From contig OY970280.1 in NCBI GenBank assembly GCA_963715865.1, positions 1,824,001-1,888,000 of the forward strand: 64,000 bases of DNA. The letters are read 5' to 3'. The notes under the pieces are model-generated. The model worked only from the letters and a program-made list of their open reading frames with translations. It was not told where the DNA came from and searched no databases. Position numbers and translations under genes: made by a program. The DNA comes from Candidatus Bathyarchaeota archaeon. Lineage in GTDB: Archaea > Thermoproteota > Bathyarchaeia > Bathyarchaeales > Bathycorpusculaceae. Of the stretch, positions 28,850 through 39,186 are shown one piece after another (position 1 is the stretch's first letter; every line of letters starts with the position of its first letter).

Positions 28850-29852
28850 GATTCCCAAAAGCAGATTGATTTAAGCTCTGTTGATTCTGCTGACCGTTAC
28901 AGAATTCCGTAACGCCGTTGCAGTTTTCCGTAACGCCGAAGCCGCATTTTTGAAGCAACTCCATTTCTTCGCGAAGTTCCTGAACCTTAGAGTTTACACG
29001 ATAGCGGAGAACGCGACGGTAATCAGCATCAAAGTTTTCTGGCGACCACAGTTTTCCTTAGTTCATCTCACTATTTAATATGGTATGACAGACTTTCAAC
29101 TCTTCCATGCGCGACGCTCTTCTCCAACGTCGAAACTGGAACGCATATCGCATTTCTATTCATACCTCATAAGGTATAACGGTTTTTCTGCCTCTCTTCG
29201 TCTTTTTTGCTGAGGTATGTCCTTTGCGTTATTGATGTCCATAGCCATTTTCGAGGCCTCTGGTCGTAGTTCTTCTTGAATGATGAAGTAGAGTTTATCG
29301 TCGTTTAGGAGTTTGTCATATTTCTTAGCTTGAGAACTCGTTTTCTCACCTCTCGTGGGAAGTAAACTGTGCTTCAAGCAATCCCAAATGAGCATGTTTA
29401 CTTAGGATACTTATACTGTTTATGAATTTGAAATTCATGTTTGCAAGGAGACAATTGATGTTTTGCCAGGCTTGGTTCCGCAACACCTTCGTGATCCACA
29501 AGACGATTCTCGACAAGACCCTGCTGTATCTAATTGTCGCGAATTCAGGCAACATTATTCTCGTCGCCAAACATTATAAGGACACTGACTCCAACAGTAA
29601 GTGCTTGCCTTGTAAATGCAGTCCCGACACTCAGGATTACTAAAAGGTCTACGCTTACTCACAAAACACTCGCCGTTCAACTAATATACGCAGAATCTAC
29701 TTATAGGCTTTTTCAACCAACAAAAATGCAAACATTCCAAGACATTTGACAAGTTTTTCGGTTTCGGTTTTGTTTTTAGGTTCTTTTGGTTTGTTGGTGG
29801 CTAAGCAAGTTTTAATAAAGAAAAAACTGAGGGATGTTGGCTCGCTAAGATC

Positions 29853-30692
29853 TTATGGACCTGCGCTTTTCCACGCGACCGAGAAGCTTGTTCCGTCCGT
29901 TGACAGTGATGATGGGGAAGCTTTGGTTGTTGTGCCTCTATTGGTAACCATTGTTATCGTCTGAACTGCTGAACCGAAAGAGCTGATTTTCCCGTTGACT
30001 CCACTTATCGTAGCATAACAAGTTCCTGCAACAGCCGTAGTGTCCATACCAAAGTTTACAGTGCCGAAGTTTGCCAGTGGCAATACTCCTCGATATGATG
30101 AAGGTGCCTCTGCAATCCACTCTGCCGAAGACATTGCCGCGTTTGAAACAGTTCCTGTCGTCGTAAAAGACTTACCCGTCCTTCCATCCGAAATAGTAAC
30201 GGTGAATACGCTGCTTGCTCTGCCGAAAGAGCCCCTGCCCCAGCTACCTGAACTGCCTGAGTACGTCACGCTTGCAGAGATTGTGTCACCTGGCTTTATT
30301 GCTAGGGTGGTTATTGTGGACATTGGGCTTGGGTAGAACTCAAACCAAGCATAGTACACTGGTTTCCCGCCGGAGATGTCTGAATCGGTTCCTATTTGTT
30401 CTACAGTGCCAGAGTTGAAACCGTCGATTCCAACCCAGAAAGACGAATACGCTGTTGCCGAGCCAGTTACTGCAGGCACTACCCATGAGCCTTGAACTTT
30501 AGTCACCGAACCTTGCGAAGCTGTTACTGCATACCCGCACCAGTTAGTGCTTGACCAACTGCTGTCGCTTGAGCGCACTACGACCATTCCAGGCGCCATT
30601 ATTGGACTTGTGAGGGCAAATGCTGGGCTGAAAGCGGCTAAAAGCATGAGCGAACCAATGAGAAGCGTGGATAATTTGTTAGCGGTTTTCAT
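29853..30692 (-). CDS. Secreted glutamic peptidase, family G1
   Basis: Signal peptide; STNWCGY, WVGIDG, VEQIGT (catalytic Q), AWFEFYP, SAEWIAEAP (catalytic E). Confidence 0.9.
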   Translation of the reverse strand: MKTANKLSTLLIGSLMLLAAFSPAFALTSPIMAPGMVVVRSSDSSWSSTNWCGYAVTASQGSVTKVQGSWVVPAVTGSATAYSSFWVGIDGFNSGTVEQIGTDSDISGGKPVYYAWFEFYPSPMSTITTLAIKPGDTISASVTYSGSSGSWGRGSFGRASSVFTVTISDGRTGKSFTTTGTVSNAAMSSAEWIAEAPSSYRGVLPLANFGTVNFGMDTTAVAGTCYATISGVNGKISSFGSAVQTITMVTNRGTTTKASPSSLSTDGTSFSVAWKSAGP

Positions 30693-30937
30693 AATAATTA
30701 GCCCTTGCTGATGAGGGATTCGCTGGAATAAAAAGATTTCCCAAATTGGTGCAATCTAAAAATTGACATTTTAGCAAGCCGCTGAGCCATTTTATGTGTC
30801 GCCAAACTAAGCAAAATGGTTCCACTTCTTGGTTTAGCGGGCAATTAGAATCAAAAGGTTGATTTGTAAAAACCTTCTTATGCCATTGTTACAAGTGTTT
30901 TAAATAAGGGAGGGGAAACGCGGTTAACTTCTCGTTT

Positions 30938-32179
30938 GTGAAACGCGAGACTATTATTTTAGCCGTCTTACTTTTCGTCTCCTTCCTAGTCAGGGTTCTC
31001 TTGTTTCCACTGCAAGGGTACCAGAATGACATGGCAACTTTTTCTTACTGGTTTAACACTGCCGCTGAGCATGGCATAAGACCGTTTTACACTGTGGTTT
31101 GGCAGAATGTAGGATGGATTGATTATCCACCTTTCAATGTTTACATTTTCTGGGCATTCGGCTCCTTGGCAAAGGCAGTATCAACTTACGGAATTAGCAT
31201 AGTGAATATAGTTAAGTTGGTTCCTAACCTTTTCGATTTAGCCACGGGGCTGCTGATTTACGTTTTTGTTAGAAAACAGGCAAGTTTCAAACTTGCCCTT
31301 ATGGCTACGGCGCTTTACACTTTTAACCCAGCTGTAATCTACAACGCGGCAGTATGGGGCCAATTTGACGCAATTTACACCTTCTTTCTTATCCTCTCAC
31401 TTATACTTGCGCTTAAATCTAAACCTAAACTTTCCGCAACAGCCTTCGCCATAGGGCTTTTAACGAAGCCGCAAGGAATAGCTTTAGCGCCTCTGGTTGC
31501 TTTCTTGATTTACAAGAAAAACGGCTTGAAAAATCTGCTAGTTTCTGTGCTCGTGTTTACTGCGACGATTTTCTTGGTTATTCTTCCTTTTGAATGGAGC
31601 AATCCGATTACTTTCTTGAGTAACATTTACTTTGGAGCCTATGGAGGATACGCATACACTTCGATTAACGCTTTTAACCTGTGGGGCTTGTATGGCTTAT
31701 GGGTGCCTGATGGAAGCCTTTTCATCTTAGGTTGGGCATTATTCGGGGCTTTTGCTGTTTTCACTTTGTACTTCTTGCATAAGCGTTTTAACAATTCAGG
31801 CGAGATGCTTGCGATTTTCTCTGCATTCATGTTTTTCTTTGCCTTTTTCATGCTTCCAACTAGGATTCACGAGCGGTACCTGTTTCCAGCCATAAGCGTT
31901 TTGGCACTGATGTTTCCATTCATCAAAAAGGCACGTCCACTGTATGTGGCTTTGACGGCGACCTTGTTTATCAATGAAGCGTACGTTCTCTACTGGCTTA
32001 ACGCGTCTTACCCTAATGCTTCTCCTAATTTAACTGGCGACCCAATTGTTTTGGCGGTAAGCGCTATTAATTTATTAATGCTCGCATATGCTTCAATACT
32101 GATGTGGGACAGACGCACATGGCTCAAAACTGAACCTGCAACACCAAGTCAAACAATAGATAGAGGGGAGCCAGCATGA
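30938..32179 (+). CDS. GT-C fold multi-pass membrane glycosyltransferase
   Basis: DYPP, NPAVIYNAAVWGQFD, KPQG, HERYLFP. Confidence 0.85.
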   Translation: MKRETIILAVLLFVSFLVRVLLFPLQGYQNDMATFSYWFNTAAEHGIRPFYTVVWQNVGWIDYPPFNVYIFWAFGSLAKAVSTYGISIVNIVKLVPNLFDLATGLLIYVFVRKQASFKLALMATALYTFNPAVIYNAAVWGQFDAIYTFFLILSLILALKSKPKLSATAFAIGLLTKPQGIALAPLVAFLIYKKNGLKNLLVSVLVFTATIFLVILPFEWSNPITFLSNIYFGAYGGYAYTSINAFNLWGLYGLWVPDGSLFILGWALFGAFAVFTLYFLHKRFNNSGEMLAIFSAFMFFFAFFMLPTRIHERYLFPAISVLALMFPFIKKARPLYVALTATLFINEAYVLYWLNASYPNASPNLTGDPIVLAVSAINLLMLAYASILMWDRRTWLKTEPATPSQTIDRGEPA

Positions 32180-33948
32180 ACCTGAACCTTGACTTAAAAA
32201 TAACCAAGAAAGACGTGGTAACTATTGTTTTACTTTCTGTAGTTTTTTTCTCCATAGCCACATGGAACCTTGGCTTAACCCAATCACCCACAACCACAGC
32301 TCAAATGACGACTGGACAAAGCTTTTACCTTGACCTTGGCAGTTCAACCAATGTTAAATCAATGGTTTTTCTGCTAAAGAATGGCGCGTTTAACGTCACA
32401 ATATCTGCGGGTTCGCCAAGCAACTGGACGGCTGCTGCAACCAACATTGATTGGCCTTATTCCAGTTCACAATGGTCTGAGGATTATTACAAGTGGGACG
32501 AAGTGTCTGTGAGTCAAACCACTCAGTATTTGAAAGTTGACTTTGGCTCAGCAGGAGACTACAATACTATACTCGCGGAAATCGCGGTTATAGATCAGAA
32601 TGACCAGCAAGTCACAATCCATTCAATAAATGATCTTGGCAGTGGAAATCCAAACCTGCATAATCTTATCGACGAGCAAAACATGGTTCAGTATCCATCA
32701 ACTTACATGTCAAACACTTATTTTGACGAGATATACTTCGTTAGAACAGCAGAGCAGTATTTGCATTTGCAGTTGCCGTATGAGTGGACGCATCCGCCGC
32801 TTGGGAAACTAATCCAAGCTTCAAGCATCTTAATCTTCGGTTTCGATCCGTTCGGATGGCGAATAATGGGCGTCATATTTGCCACATTGATGATTCCGCT
32901 CATTTACCTGTTCGGCAAAAAACTGTTCGGCACTTGGATTGGTGGTTTCACAGCAGCGTTCCTGTTAACCTTTGACTTTATGCATTTTACCATGGCCAGA
33001 ATGGGCACAGCCGACACATACGTAGTCTTTTTCTCGCTGGCTTCACAACTGTTCTTTTTCATTTACCTCAAAAACGTTCTTGATAAAGGCTGGAAAACCA
33101 GCATTATACCTTTGTTTTTGGCTATTTTCTTTTTCGCTTTGGGCTTCTCTAGCAAGTGGCTTGTTCTTTACGGTTTTGTGGGGGAGTTGGCTCTTCTTGT
33201 GGCGCTTCGGCTTAGTGAAGTTAAAAAGCTCAAAGGCAGTTTATCCGCGAAAGTTTATGCTTTCCTTGATCACCCGTATTCTGTAATTGTTGCTTTCCTG
33301 TTACTTGCTGTGGGAATTTACTTTTTAACTTATATTCCAGACATGCTTGCAGGCAGGTCATTTTTAGATGTCATCGGGCTGCAAGTCCAAATGTTTGATT
33401 ATCATTTTTACCTGACTGCTACGCATCCTTTCTCTTCGCCGTGGTATAGTTGGCCTTTCATGTTTGACCCCTTAAATGCCGCAGTGCATGTACCAGTTTG
33501 GCTTGAAGTCGCAACATTTCCTAACGGTGTTACTGAATCAACTATTGTTGTGATGGGCAATCCTGCTGTTTGGTGGATAGGCTTTGCCGCTATTCTGGGA
33601 CTAACAGTTTTCTATGTCCCAAAAATTTTTAGCAAACAGTTTAGCTTGAAAAAGTATTTGCCAGTCATCTTTATGCTTGTGGTTTTCTTCTTCCAATGGT
33701 TGCCCTACATTTTAATTACAAGAGTAGTGTTCATCTATCATTTCTACTCTGATGTGCCATTTCTCTGTTTGGGCACAGCGTTTTTAGTAAGCAAGTATTG
33801 GAGCAACAAATGGGTAAAAATCGCAGCAATAGCCTACTTTGCACTTACAATTGCCTTATTCGTTCTTTTCTATCCAGTTATTTCAGGCGTGCCCACATCA
33901 ACCTCAACTGTTAACAGTTTGAAGTGGTTCGGAGGATGGTTGTTCTAA
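32176..33948 (+). CDS. Lipid-phosphate-mannose protein mannosyltransferase (PMT/GT39-like)
   Basis: YFDEIYF, HPPLGK, FGWR, HPFSSPWYSWP, GNPAVWW, FIYHF. Confidence 0.88.
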   Translation: MNLNLDLKITKKDVVTIVLLSVVFFSIATWNLGLTQSPTTTAQMTTGQSFYLDLGSSTNVKSMVFLLKNGAFNVTISAGSPSNWTAAATNIDWPYSSSQWSEDYYKWDEVSVSQTTQYLKVDFGSAGDYNTILAEIAVIDQNDQQVTIHSINDLGSGNPNLHNLIDEQNMVQYPSTYMSNTYFDEIYFVRTAEQYLHLQLPYEWTHPPLGKLIQASSILIFGFDPFGWRIMGVIFATLMIPLIYLFGKKLFGTWIGGFTAAFLLTFDFMHFTMARMGTADTYVVFFSLASQLFFFIYLKNVLDKGWKTSIIPLFLAIFFFALGFSSKWLVLYGFVGELALLVALRLSEVKKLKGSLSAKVYAFLDHPYSVIVAFLLLAVGIYFLTYIPDMLAGRSFLDVIGLQVQMFDYHFYLTATHPFSSPWYSWPFMFDPLNAAVHVPVWLEVATFPNGVTESTIVVMGNPAVWWIGFAAILGLTVFYVPKIFSKQFSLKKYLPVIFMLVVFFFQWLPYILITRVVFIYHFYSDVPFLCLGTAFLVSKYWSNKWVKIAAIAYFALTIALFVLFYPVISGVPTSTSTVNSLKWFGGWLF

Positions 33949-33949
33949 A

Positions 33950-34687
33950 ATGGAGAAGGAAACTGCTTCAAACGACAAAGTGGTGGTTTCAGTCGTTCTT
34001 CCAGCTTACAACGAAGCAGACAAACTGGAAGGCGCCGTGACGAAAATAAGCCAAGCCCTAAAAGAGACGGGGTATCGCTATGAAATTATTATTGCTGAAG
34101 ACGGCAGCACCGACGGCACTGCTGAACGTTCTGAAGAGCTAGCGCAAAAACTCCCATACGTTAAGCACATTCACCGTGAAAAGCGGCTGGGAAGAGGAAC
34201 CGCACTCAACAATGCGTTTAGGCAGTGCAATGGTGAAGTTTTGGTTTATATGGATTTGGACTTAGCCACAGACCTAAAATCGCTTAAACCGCTCGTTGAA
34301 GCCATAACGGTTGAAGGCTATGACTTTTCAACTGGCTCAAGAATGCTGCCTGAAAGCAAGGTTGAACGCAGCCTGCGCAGAAGCATAAGCTCTAAAACTT
34401 ACAATTTCCTCGTCCGACACATGCTCGGCTCCAAACTCAGGGATCATCAGTGTGGCTTCAAAGCTTTCAAGAGAGAACCGCTTTTAAGGTTACTTGATGA
34501 GGTAGAGGCGACTCATTGGTTTTGGGATACAGAAATAATTGTAAGAGCTTATCGTCATGGCTATAGGATAAAAGAGATTCCAGTTGAGTGGAAAAGCGGT
34601 AAGGACACAAAAGTTAACCTCTTTAAAGATTCATGGAACATGTTTTGGCAAATAATGAAGCTCTGGTGGAAACTAAAAATAAAGTAA
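33950..34687 (+). CDS. Dolichol-phosphate mannosyltransferase-like GT2
   Basis: VLPAYNE, EDGSTDGT, MDLD, DHQCGFKAF, WFWDTE. Confidence 0.9.
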   Translation: MEKETASNDKVVVSVVLPAYNEADKLEGAVTKISQALKETGYRYEIIIAEDGSTDGTAERSEELAQKLPYVKHIHREKRLGRGTALNNAFRQCNGEVLVYMDLDLATDLKSLKPLVEAITVEGYDFSTGSRMLPESKVERSLRRSISSKTYNFLVRHMLGSKLRDHQCGFKAFKREPLLRLLDEVEATHWFWDTEIIVRAYRHGYRIKEIPVEWKSGKDTKVNLFKDSWNMFWQIMKLWWKLKIK

Positions 34688-34695
34688 GGCTAAAG

Positions 34696-35193
34696 TTATC
34701 TTTTGGCTAAAAGAACAAACGCTCTAGCAACCAATGATAAACCGAAAATCATGATTATTCCAGCCCAAAAGACAAACCACTCGCTCTCTATTGTCATATT
34801 AACTAGGTAGGTAGTTATTAAGTAGCTTGCCCCAAGCCAGAAAACAATGTTTTCAACAGTTTCAGCTTTCCTTGCGACAGGCGAATGCAGAAAAACCCTA
34901 AGCGCTAATACTATGATTTCTAAAAGTCCTATGCCCAGACTAAACTGAAAAGCAGCATTGTAAAGCTCTGTATAAGCAGCGGGATTCGCAGGCGCAGGCA
35001 AAGATATACTAGCAGCGCCTGGAACTTGAGCGAGAGTGAGAGAACTGAAAAAATTAACTATGCTGTCCCAAATGCCAGTATGGATGAAGTAAATCACGGC
35101 AATTAGAATAAAAATGGCGCCTATGTATATGGCGGTAACCAAGCCTTCTTTTCTCTTATCAGTTAACGATTGCGTGTTCAAATCTTTAATCAA
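34696..35193 (-). CDS. Membrane protein, 4 predicted TM helices
   Basis: Hydrophobic pattern. Confidence 0.7.
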   Translation of the reverse strand: MIKDLNTQSLTDKRKEGLVTAIYIGAIFILIAVIYFIHTGIWDSIVNFFSSLTLAQVPGAASISLPAPANPAAYTELYNAAFQFSLGIGLLEIIVLALRVFLHSPVARKAETVENIVFWLGASYLITTYLVNMTIESEWFVFWAGIIMIFGLSLVARAFVLLAKR

Positions 35194-35309
35194 GGCTGTC
35201 TCTCCTCATTCGAGTATAGAACGTTGAGCACATATATTTTTCTCTTTAAGCAAGGAAGTGCATGTTTTAAATACTCAGAGATAAATAAAATAAAGAAAGG
35301 AGAGATTGC

Positions 35310-35717
35310 ATGTCGTATTGTCCGAAATGCGGCAATAAAGTTGACGAGACGATGACTTTCTGCCCACGCTGTGGAGCAGCGTTAAAAGGCGCAACACCAA
35401 GTCAACCAGCACCCGCCGCTCAACCCTATCAGAGGTATGAAAAAGCCGAAAAGAACGAGAAAAAAGAAAAGCAAGAGAAGAATGAGCATCCTGAAAAAGG
35501 CGAAAAACAAGAGAAAGGCGAATATGGCTTTGTCGGCTTTCTGATTGGCGGTTTAGTCCTGATTGTATTCGGTCTATTTAGTTTGCTGCGTTTCAGCGGC
35601 TATTTTACTGGTGGACAAGACTGGGCTATAATGCTGTTACTAATAGGCATAATAATCATAGTTGGCGCAGTTTACGTGGCATTTATTTCGCGGAAACATT
35701 TTCCGGAGCCTCGTTAG
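35310..35717 (+). CDS. Zinc-ribbon membrane protein
   Basis: YCPKC..FCPRC, charged EK repeats, two C-terminal TM helices. Confidence 0.85.
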   Translation: MSYCPKCGNKVDETMTFCPRCGAALKGATPSQPAPAAQPYQRYEKAEKNEKKEKQEKNEHPEKGEKQEKGEYGFVGFLIGGLVLIVFGLFSLLRFSGYFTGGQDWAIMLLLIGIIIIVGAVYVAFISRKHFPEPR

Positions 35718-36853
35718 ATCAGCCATCCTAAGAACATTCGGTAAAGCCTATGCTCTAAAAGCGTTAATGCATTTTGTCTTCCGAATACTCGGTAATAGTT
35801 TTTTCCCGCTGCTTCAATGAAATCGCCGATATCGTATCGGGGGAACATGCATGAAGAAATTATAAGCTTTCCCCATTCGCCCCGTTTAAGTTCATGAAGC
35901 ATTTTCACGCCTTTGCCAGTTACAACTTCAAAAAGGTATGAGTCATAATTGGGCGTTATGTAAGGTAAATCGTCAAGTTGCTGGGCAAAAACGCCTTCTG
36001 TAGCAGTGTACATTTCCACAATTGGCGCGTCACCGAAGTACCTTTTTAATATTGGACCGTACTTGAATTGTATTTTGCGTACGCTGGTGCAGAAAAGAGC
36101 TTGAAGCTTCCATAAGTCAGCTGGCTTTTTTCCGTGTTTACGTTTGACATATTTGGCGAAAGCCAAAATTACAGGAGTTACACCCATCGTGGCAGTGACA
36201 TCTTGGTTTAGAGCCTGTTGATAAACAATCTCGAACCGTTTCTCCCAATCTTTCCTTCTGATTTCTGAACCCAAAGCATCAATTTCTTCTTGGCGAGGCA
36301 GAAGACTCAACCTATCGAACATTGGGTTAAGCCTAGCATAGGTTCCTGAGCTGTAACCGTAGGTGACTTCTTTACCGTCACAGTTCATGGTATGGACGCT
36401 TGAAGGAAAATTCAGGTTAAGAATTGCGCCTGTGAAAACTTCAAAGTTCTTTTTTCTGATCGCGTAATTTATTAGAGCTCTTGCTCCGCAAGAGAAAATT
36501 TGTTTTAGATGCGTTTGTGTTGCTGGCAGGACCTTTGATTTTCCTGTTGAGCCTCTGGTCATAACCCAGCATTCGGGTGGTTCAGGCAAAAGTGCCTTGT
36601 AGTTTCCTTCTCTAACTTGTGCCAGATAAGGTGTAAGTCCAGAGTAATTGATGATGGGAAAATTTGCTTGGTAATCGGAGAGGCATTTCACCTGTAAGGC
36701 GTGATGGCTTGATCCATATTCGGTGGAACTGTACTTCTTAACCAAATCGTTCAGTACTTGCTCTTGCGCTTTCTGCGGATTCTCAAGTGACTCATACCAA
36801 GGACCAATTATTGGTTTCAGAATACTGTTGATGCTATCTTCATCTGGCAGCAT
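35714..36853 (-). CDS. GH3-family acyl-adenylate-forming enzyme, short form
   Basis: TEYG, PIINY, TRGSTGKSKVLP, YTATEG, PRYDIGD, FGR. Confidence 0.85.
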   Translation of the reverse strand: MLPDEDSINSILKPIIGPWYESLENPQKAQEQVLNDLVKKYSSTEYGSSHHALQVKCLSDYQANFPIINYSGLTPYLAQVREGNYKALLPEPPECWVMTRGSTGKSKVLPATQTHLKQIFSCGARALINYAIRKKNFEVFTGAILNLNFPSSVHTMNCDGKEVTYGYSSGTYARLNPMFDRLSLLPRQEEIDALGSEIRRKDWEKRFEIVYQQALNQDVTATMGVTPVILAFAKYVKRKHGKKPADLWKLQALFCTSVRKIQFKYGPILKRYFGDAPIVEMYTATEGVFAQQLDDLPYITPNYDSYLFEVVTGKGVKMLHELKRGEWGKLIISSCMFPRYDIGDFIEAAGKNYYRVFGRQNALTLLEHRLYRMFLGWLI

Positions 36854-36949
36854 AGCGCTCGCTAAAACAATTTGTTATGAATTGGCTTATATGCTTCTCC
36901 ATCAATAAATTACAAGCCAGAAACGTTTGCCATTTAAGGGTTGAAAATT

Positions 36950-37877
36950 ATGACTGAAACAGTTCGCGTCACAGCTGAACGGATAAGAAAACTGGAAGTT
37001 CAAGGGGCAAGAAATGTTGCAATAGCCGCCATAAAAGCCCTGCAAGCACTTAGCGGAGCAGACAAAAGCCAAAAACAAAACAGCATTCTTAAACGAGCTC
37101 AAAGAAGCACAAGCCATGCTTTTTGCGTCAAGAGAAACTGAGCCCTTAATGAGAAACGCCATCCGCTGGATAATCACTCAAGTCGAAGACAGCAGCATCG
37201 AAAAAGTTGATGCGGTCGCCGAATTGGTTGTTGGAAATGTAGGCTTGTTTTTGCAGAATCTTGATGCTTCAAGAGAGTGTACTGCGGAAATTGGTGCGAA
37301 GCGAATAAGGGACGGAATGTTAGTATGCACTCATTGTCACTCGTCAACTGTTACCCGCATGCTTGCCAAAGCCAAAGCTGAGGGCAAAAACTTTAGCGTT
37401 ATTTGCACTGAAACCCGACCTGCTTTCCAAGGAAGGATAACTGCTCGGGAAATGGTTGAGCTTGGAGTTGAAACCATGTTTATTGTTGATTCAGCGGCGC
37501 GGTCCTATATGGGAAACGTTGACCTTGTTGTTGTGGGAGCAGACGCCATTACATCTGAGGGCAATGTTGTTAACAAGATTGGCACAAGCAGCATCGCCGT
37601 CTTAGCCAACGAAGCCAGAAAGCCGTTTTATGTGGTTTCGGAACTGCTCAAGTTTGATCCAGAAACGCTCTACGGTGAATACGAGCGGATTGAGCAACGA
37701 AGCCCAGCGGAGGTTTGGAAGGAAGCACCCCAGAAACTGTCAGTGCGCAACCCAGCTTTTGATGTTACCCCAAGCCGCTATATCAGCGGGCTTATCTGTG
37801 AAGAAGGAGTGATAGCACCCCAGTCAGTAGCTGAGGTCATGCACAGAGCTTACCCATGGGTTTTCAAAAGCATCTAA
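36950..37877 (+). CDS. Ribose-1,5-bisphosphate isomerase (eIF2B-like); +1 frameshift at ~37049-37052
   Basis: N-part IRKLEVQGARNVA in frame 0; continues AEQTKAKNKTAFLNELKEAQAMLFASRETEPLMRNA, THCHSS, ETRP, GADAI, NKIGT in the +1 frame. Confidence 0.9.
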
Positions 37878-39097
37878 GCTTTCCACTGTTCCAATGCAGC
37901 TTTCAGTTCCTTGTGTGTTTTAGCGTATTCTTCTAAGGATATTCCCTTCAGTGAAGCATCAACGGCTTGCCGCATTGCCTTTGCGCCCGCCAATGTTCCG
38001 TCTGGGTGCCCGTGGATTCCGCCGCCAGCTTGAATAACCACATCATTGCCGAACGTTTCAAGTAAAGCAGGCACCAGCCGTGGGTGCAGTCCACCTGAAG
38101 CAACAGGCAAAACAGGCTTTAATCCGCCCAGTTCAGCTTTGCAGGCGTCGATGTTTTCGAGGACTTCAGCTTTAGTTTCAGACATTTTGCCTACTACGGT
38201 GCCTACGTGAAGTTGGTCGACGCCGATTACTCTTGCAACCATTGCTATGGGACGCATTGCGATGCCGTGCTTTGGGTTCTTGGTGAAAGCGGCGTGTCCT
38301 GCCCTGTGGGCGTGGATGACGAGTTTGTAGTTTTGGTTGCGTAAGGTTTGCAGTGCTGACCAGCCGCAGGTTAAAATGTCTACCATGACGTATTCTCCGC
38401 CTTGGTCAAGGACTGTTTGTGCTCGTTTTAGCATGGTGTCGGTTTCAGCGGTGATGTTAACCATGTAAACTTTGCGTTCACCCGTTTCCTCTTGTGCTTT
38501 GTCTCGGCTCTCCAAAGTCTGCGAAAGGCGGTCTTCGAAGGGATTGAATTTTTGGCTACTCAGGTTTTCATCATCTTTTACAATGTCGCAGCCGCCACTC
38601 CAAGCCTCATAAGCCACGTGGGCATGGTCTTTAGTTTTTAATCCAAGTTTAGGCTTGATTATTGTGCCGACAAGCGGGCGCTCTGGAACTTTTAGGAGGC
38701 TACGGATTCCAGCTATGCCATACATTGGACCTTTGAAGCTGTTGATTAGGTCTTTGGGCATTTGGATGTCGAGGAGTCGTAGGTTTTTGAGTGCCTTAAG
38801 CCCAAAAACGTTTCCGGCAACGCTACTTAGAATGTTGGGCATGTTAGCTGGCTCAAACAGTTCGATGGGATAAGCGATTTTGACTACGTTGCCTTCTATG
38901 CTAAACACATGGGCTGCTAGCCGTGTCACGTATGGTTGCGCGGTTGTGAGTTCTGTCCATGTGCCAATTGAACTTTCCGCGGCAACGCCGCCTGCGGCTT
39001 CTTTGAGGCTGATGCCCTCGGGCTCTAAGTAAAAAGTGCATTTTAAATCGGTTTCTTTTGGCTTGTAAGTTGAATCCACAAAGTCAAGATACTTCAA
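37874..39097 (-). CDS. rbcL: RuBisCO large subunit, form III
   Basis: AESSIGTW, GTIIKPKLG, DIVKDDENL, HAHRA, SGG, GGGIHGHP. Confidence 0.97.
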   Translation of the reverse strand: MKYLDFVDSTYKPKETDLKCTFYLEPEGISLKEAAGGVAAESSIGTWTELTTAQPYVTRLAAHVFSIEGNVVKIAYPIELFEPANMPNILSSVAGNVFGLKALKNLRLLDIQMPKDLINSFKGPMYGIAGIRSLLKVPERPLVGTIIKPKLGLKTKDHAHVAYEAWSGGCDIVKDDENLSSQKFNPFEDRLSQTLESRDKAQEETGERKVYMVNITAETDTMLKRAQTVLDQGGEYVMVDILTCGWSALQTLRNQNYKLVIHAHRAGHAAFTKNPKHGIAMRPIAMVARVIGVDQLHVGTVVGKMSETKAEVLENIDACKAELGGLKPVLPVASGGLHPRLVPALLETFGNDVVIQAGGGIHGHPDGTLAGAKAMRQAVDASLKGISLEEYAKTHKELKAALEQWKA

Positions 39098-39186
39098 AGC
39101 GTTTCCTCTCAGGTTTAGTGTGAACTGGTTTTTCCTTAAAATCTTTAACTATTCCCTTAACTAATCAATAATCGACGTGGTCTTGG

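Noticed and set aside
28860-29750. Short ORFs after the Thr att site
   Set aside because: Overlapping fragments on both strands with premature stops (e.g. ATG AAC TAA before LWSPENFDADYRRVLRYRV). Probably decayed DNA; no product can be supported.
15300-29800. Provirus or intact integrative element
   Set aside because: No integrase, capsid, terminase, packaging ATPase or complete replication gene was recognised.
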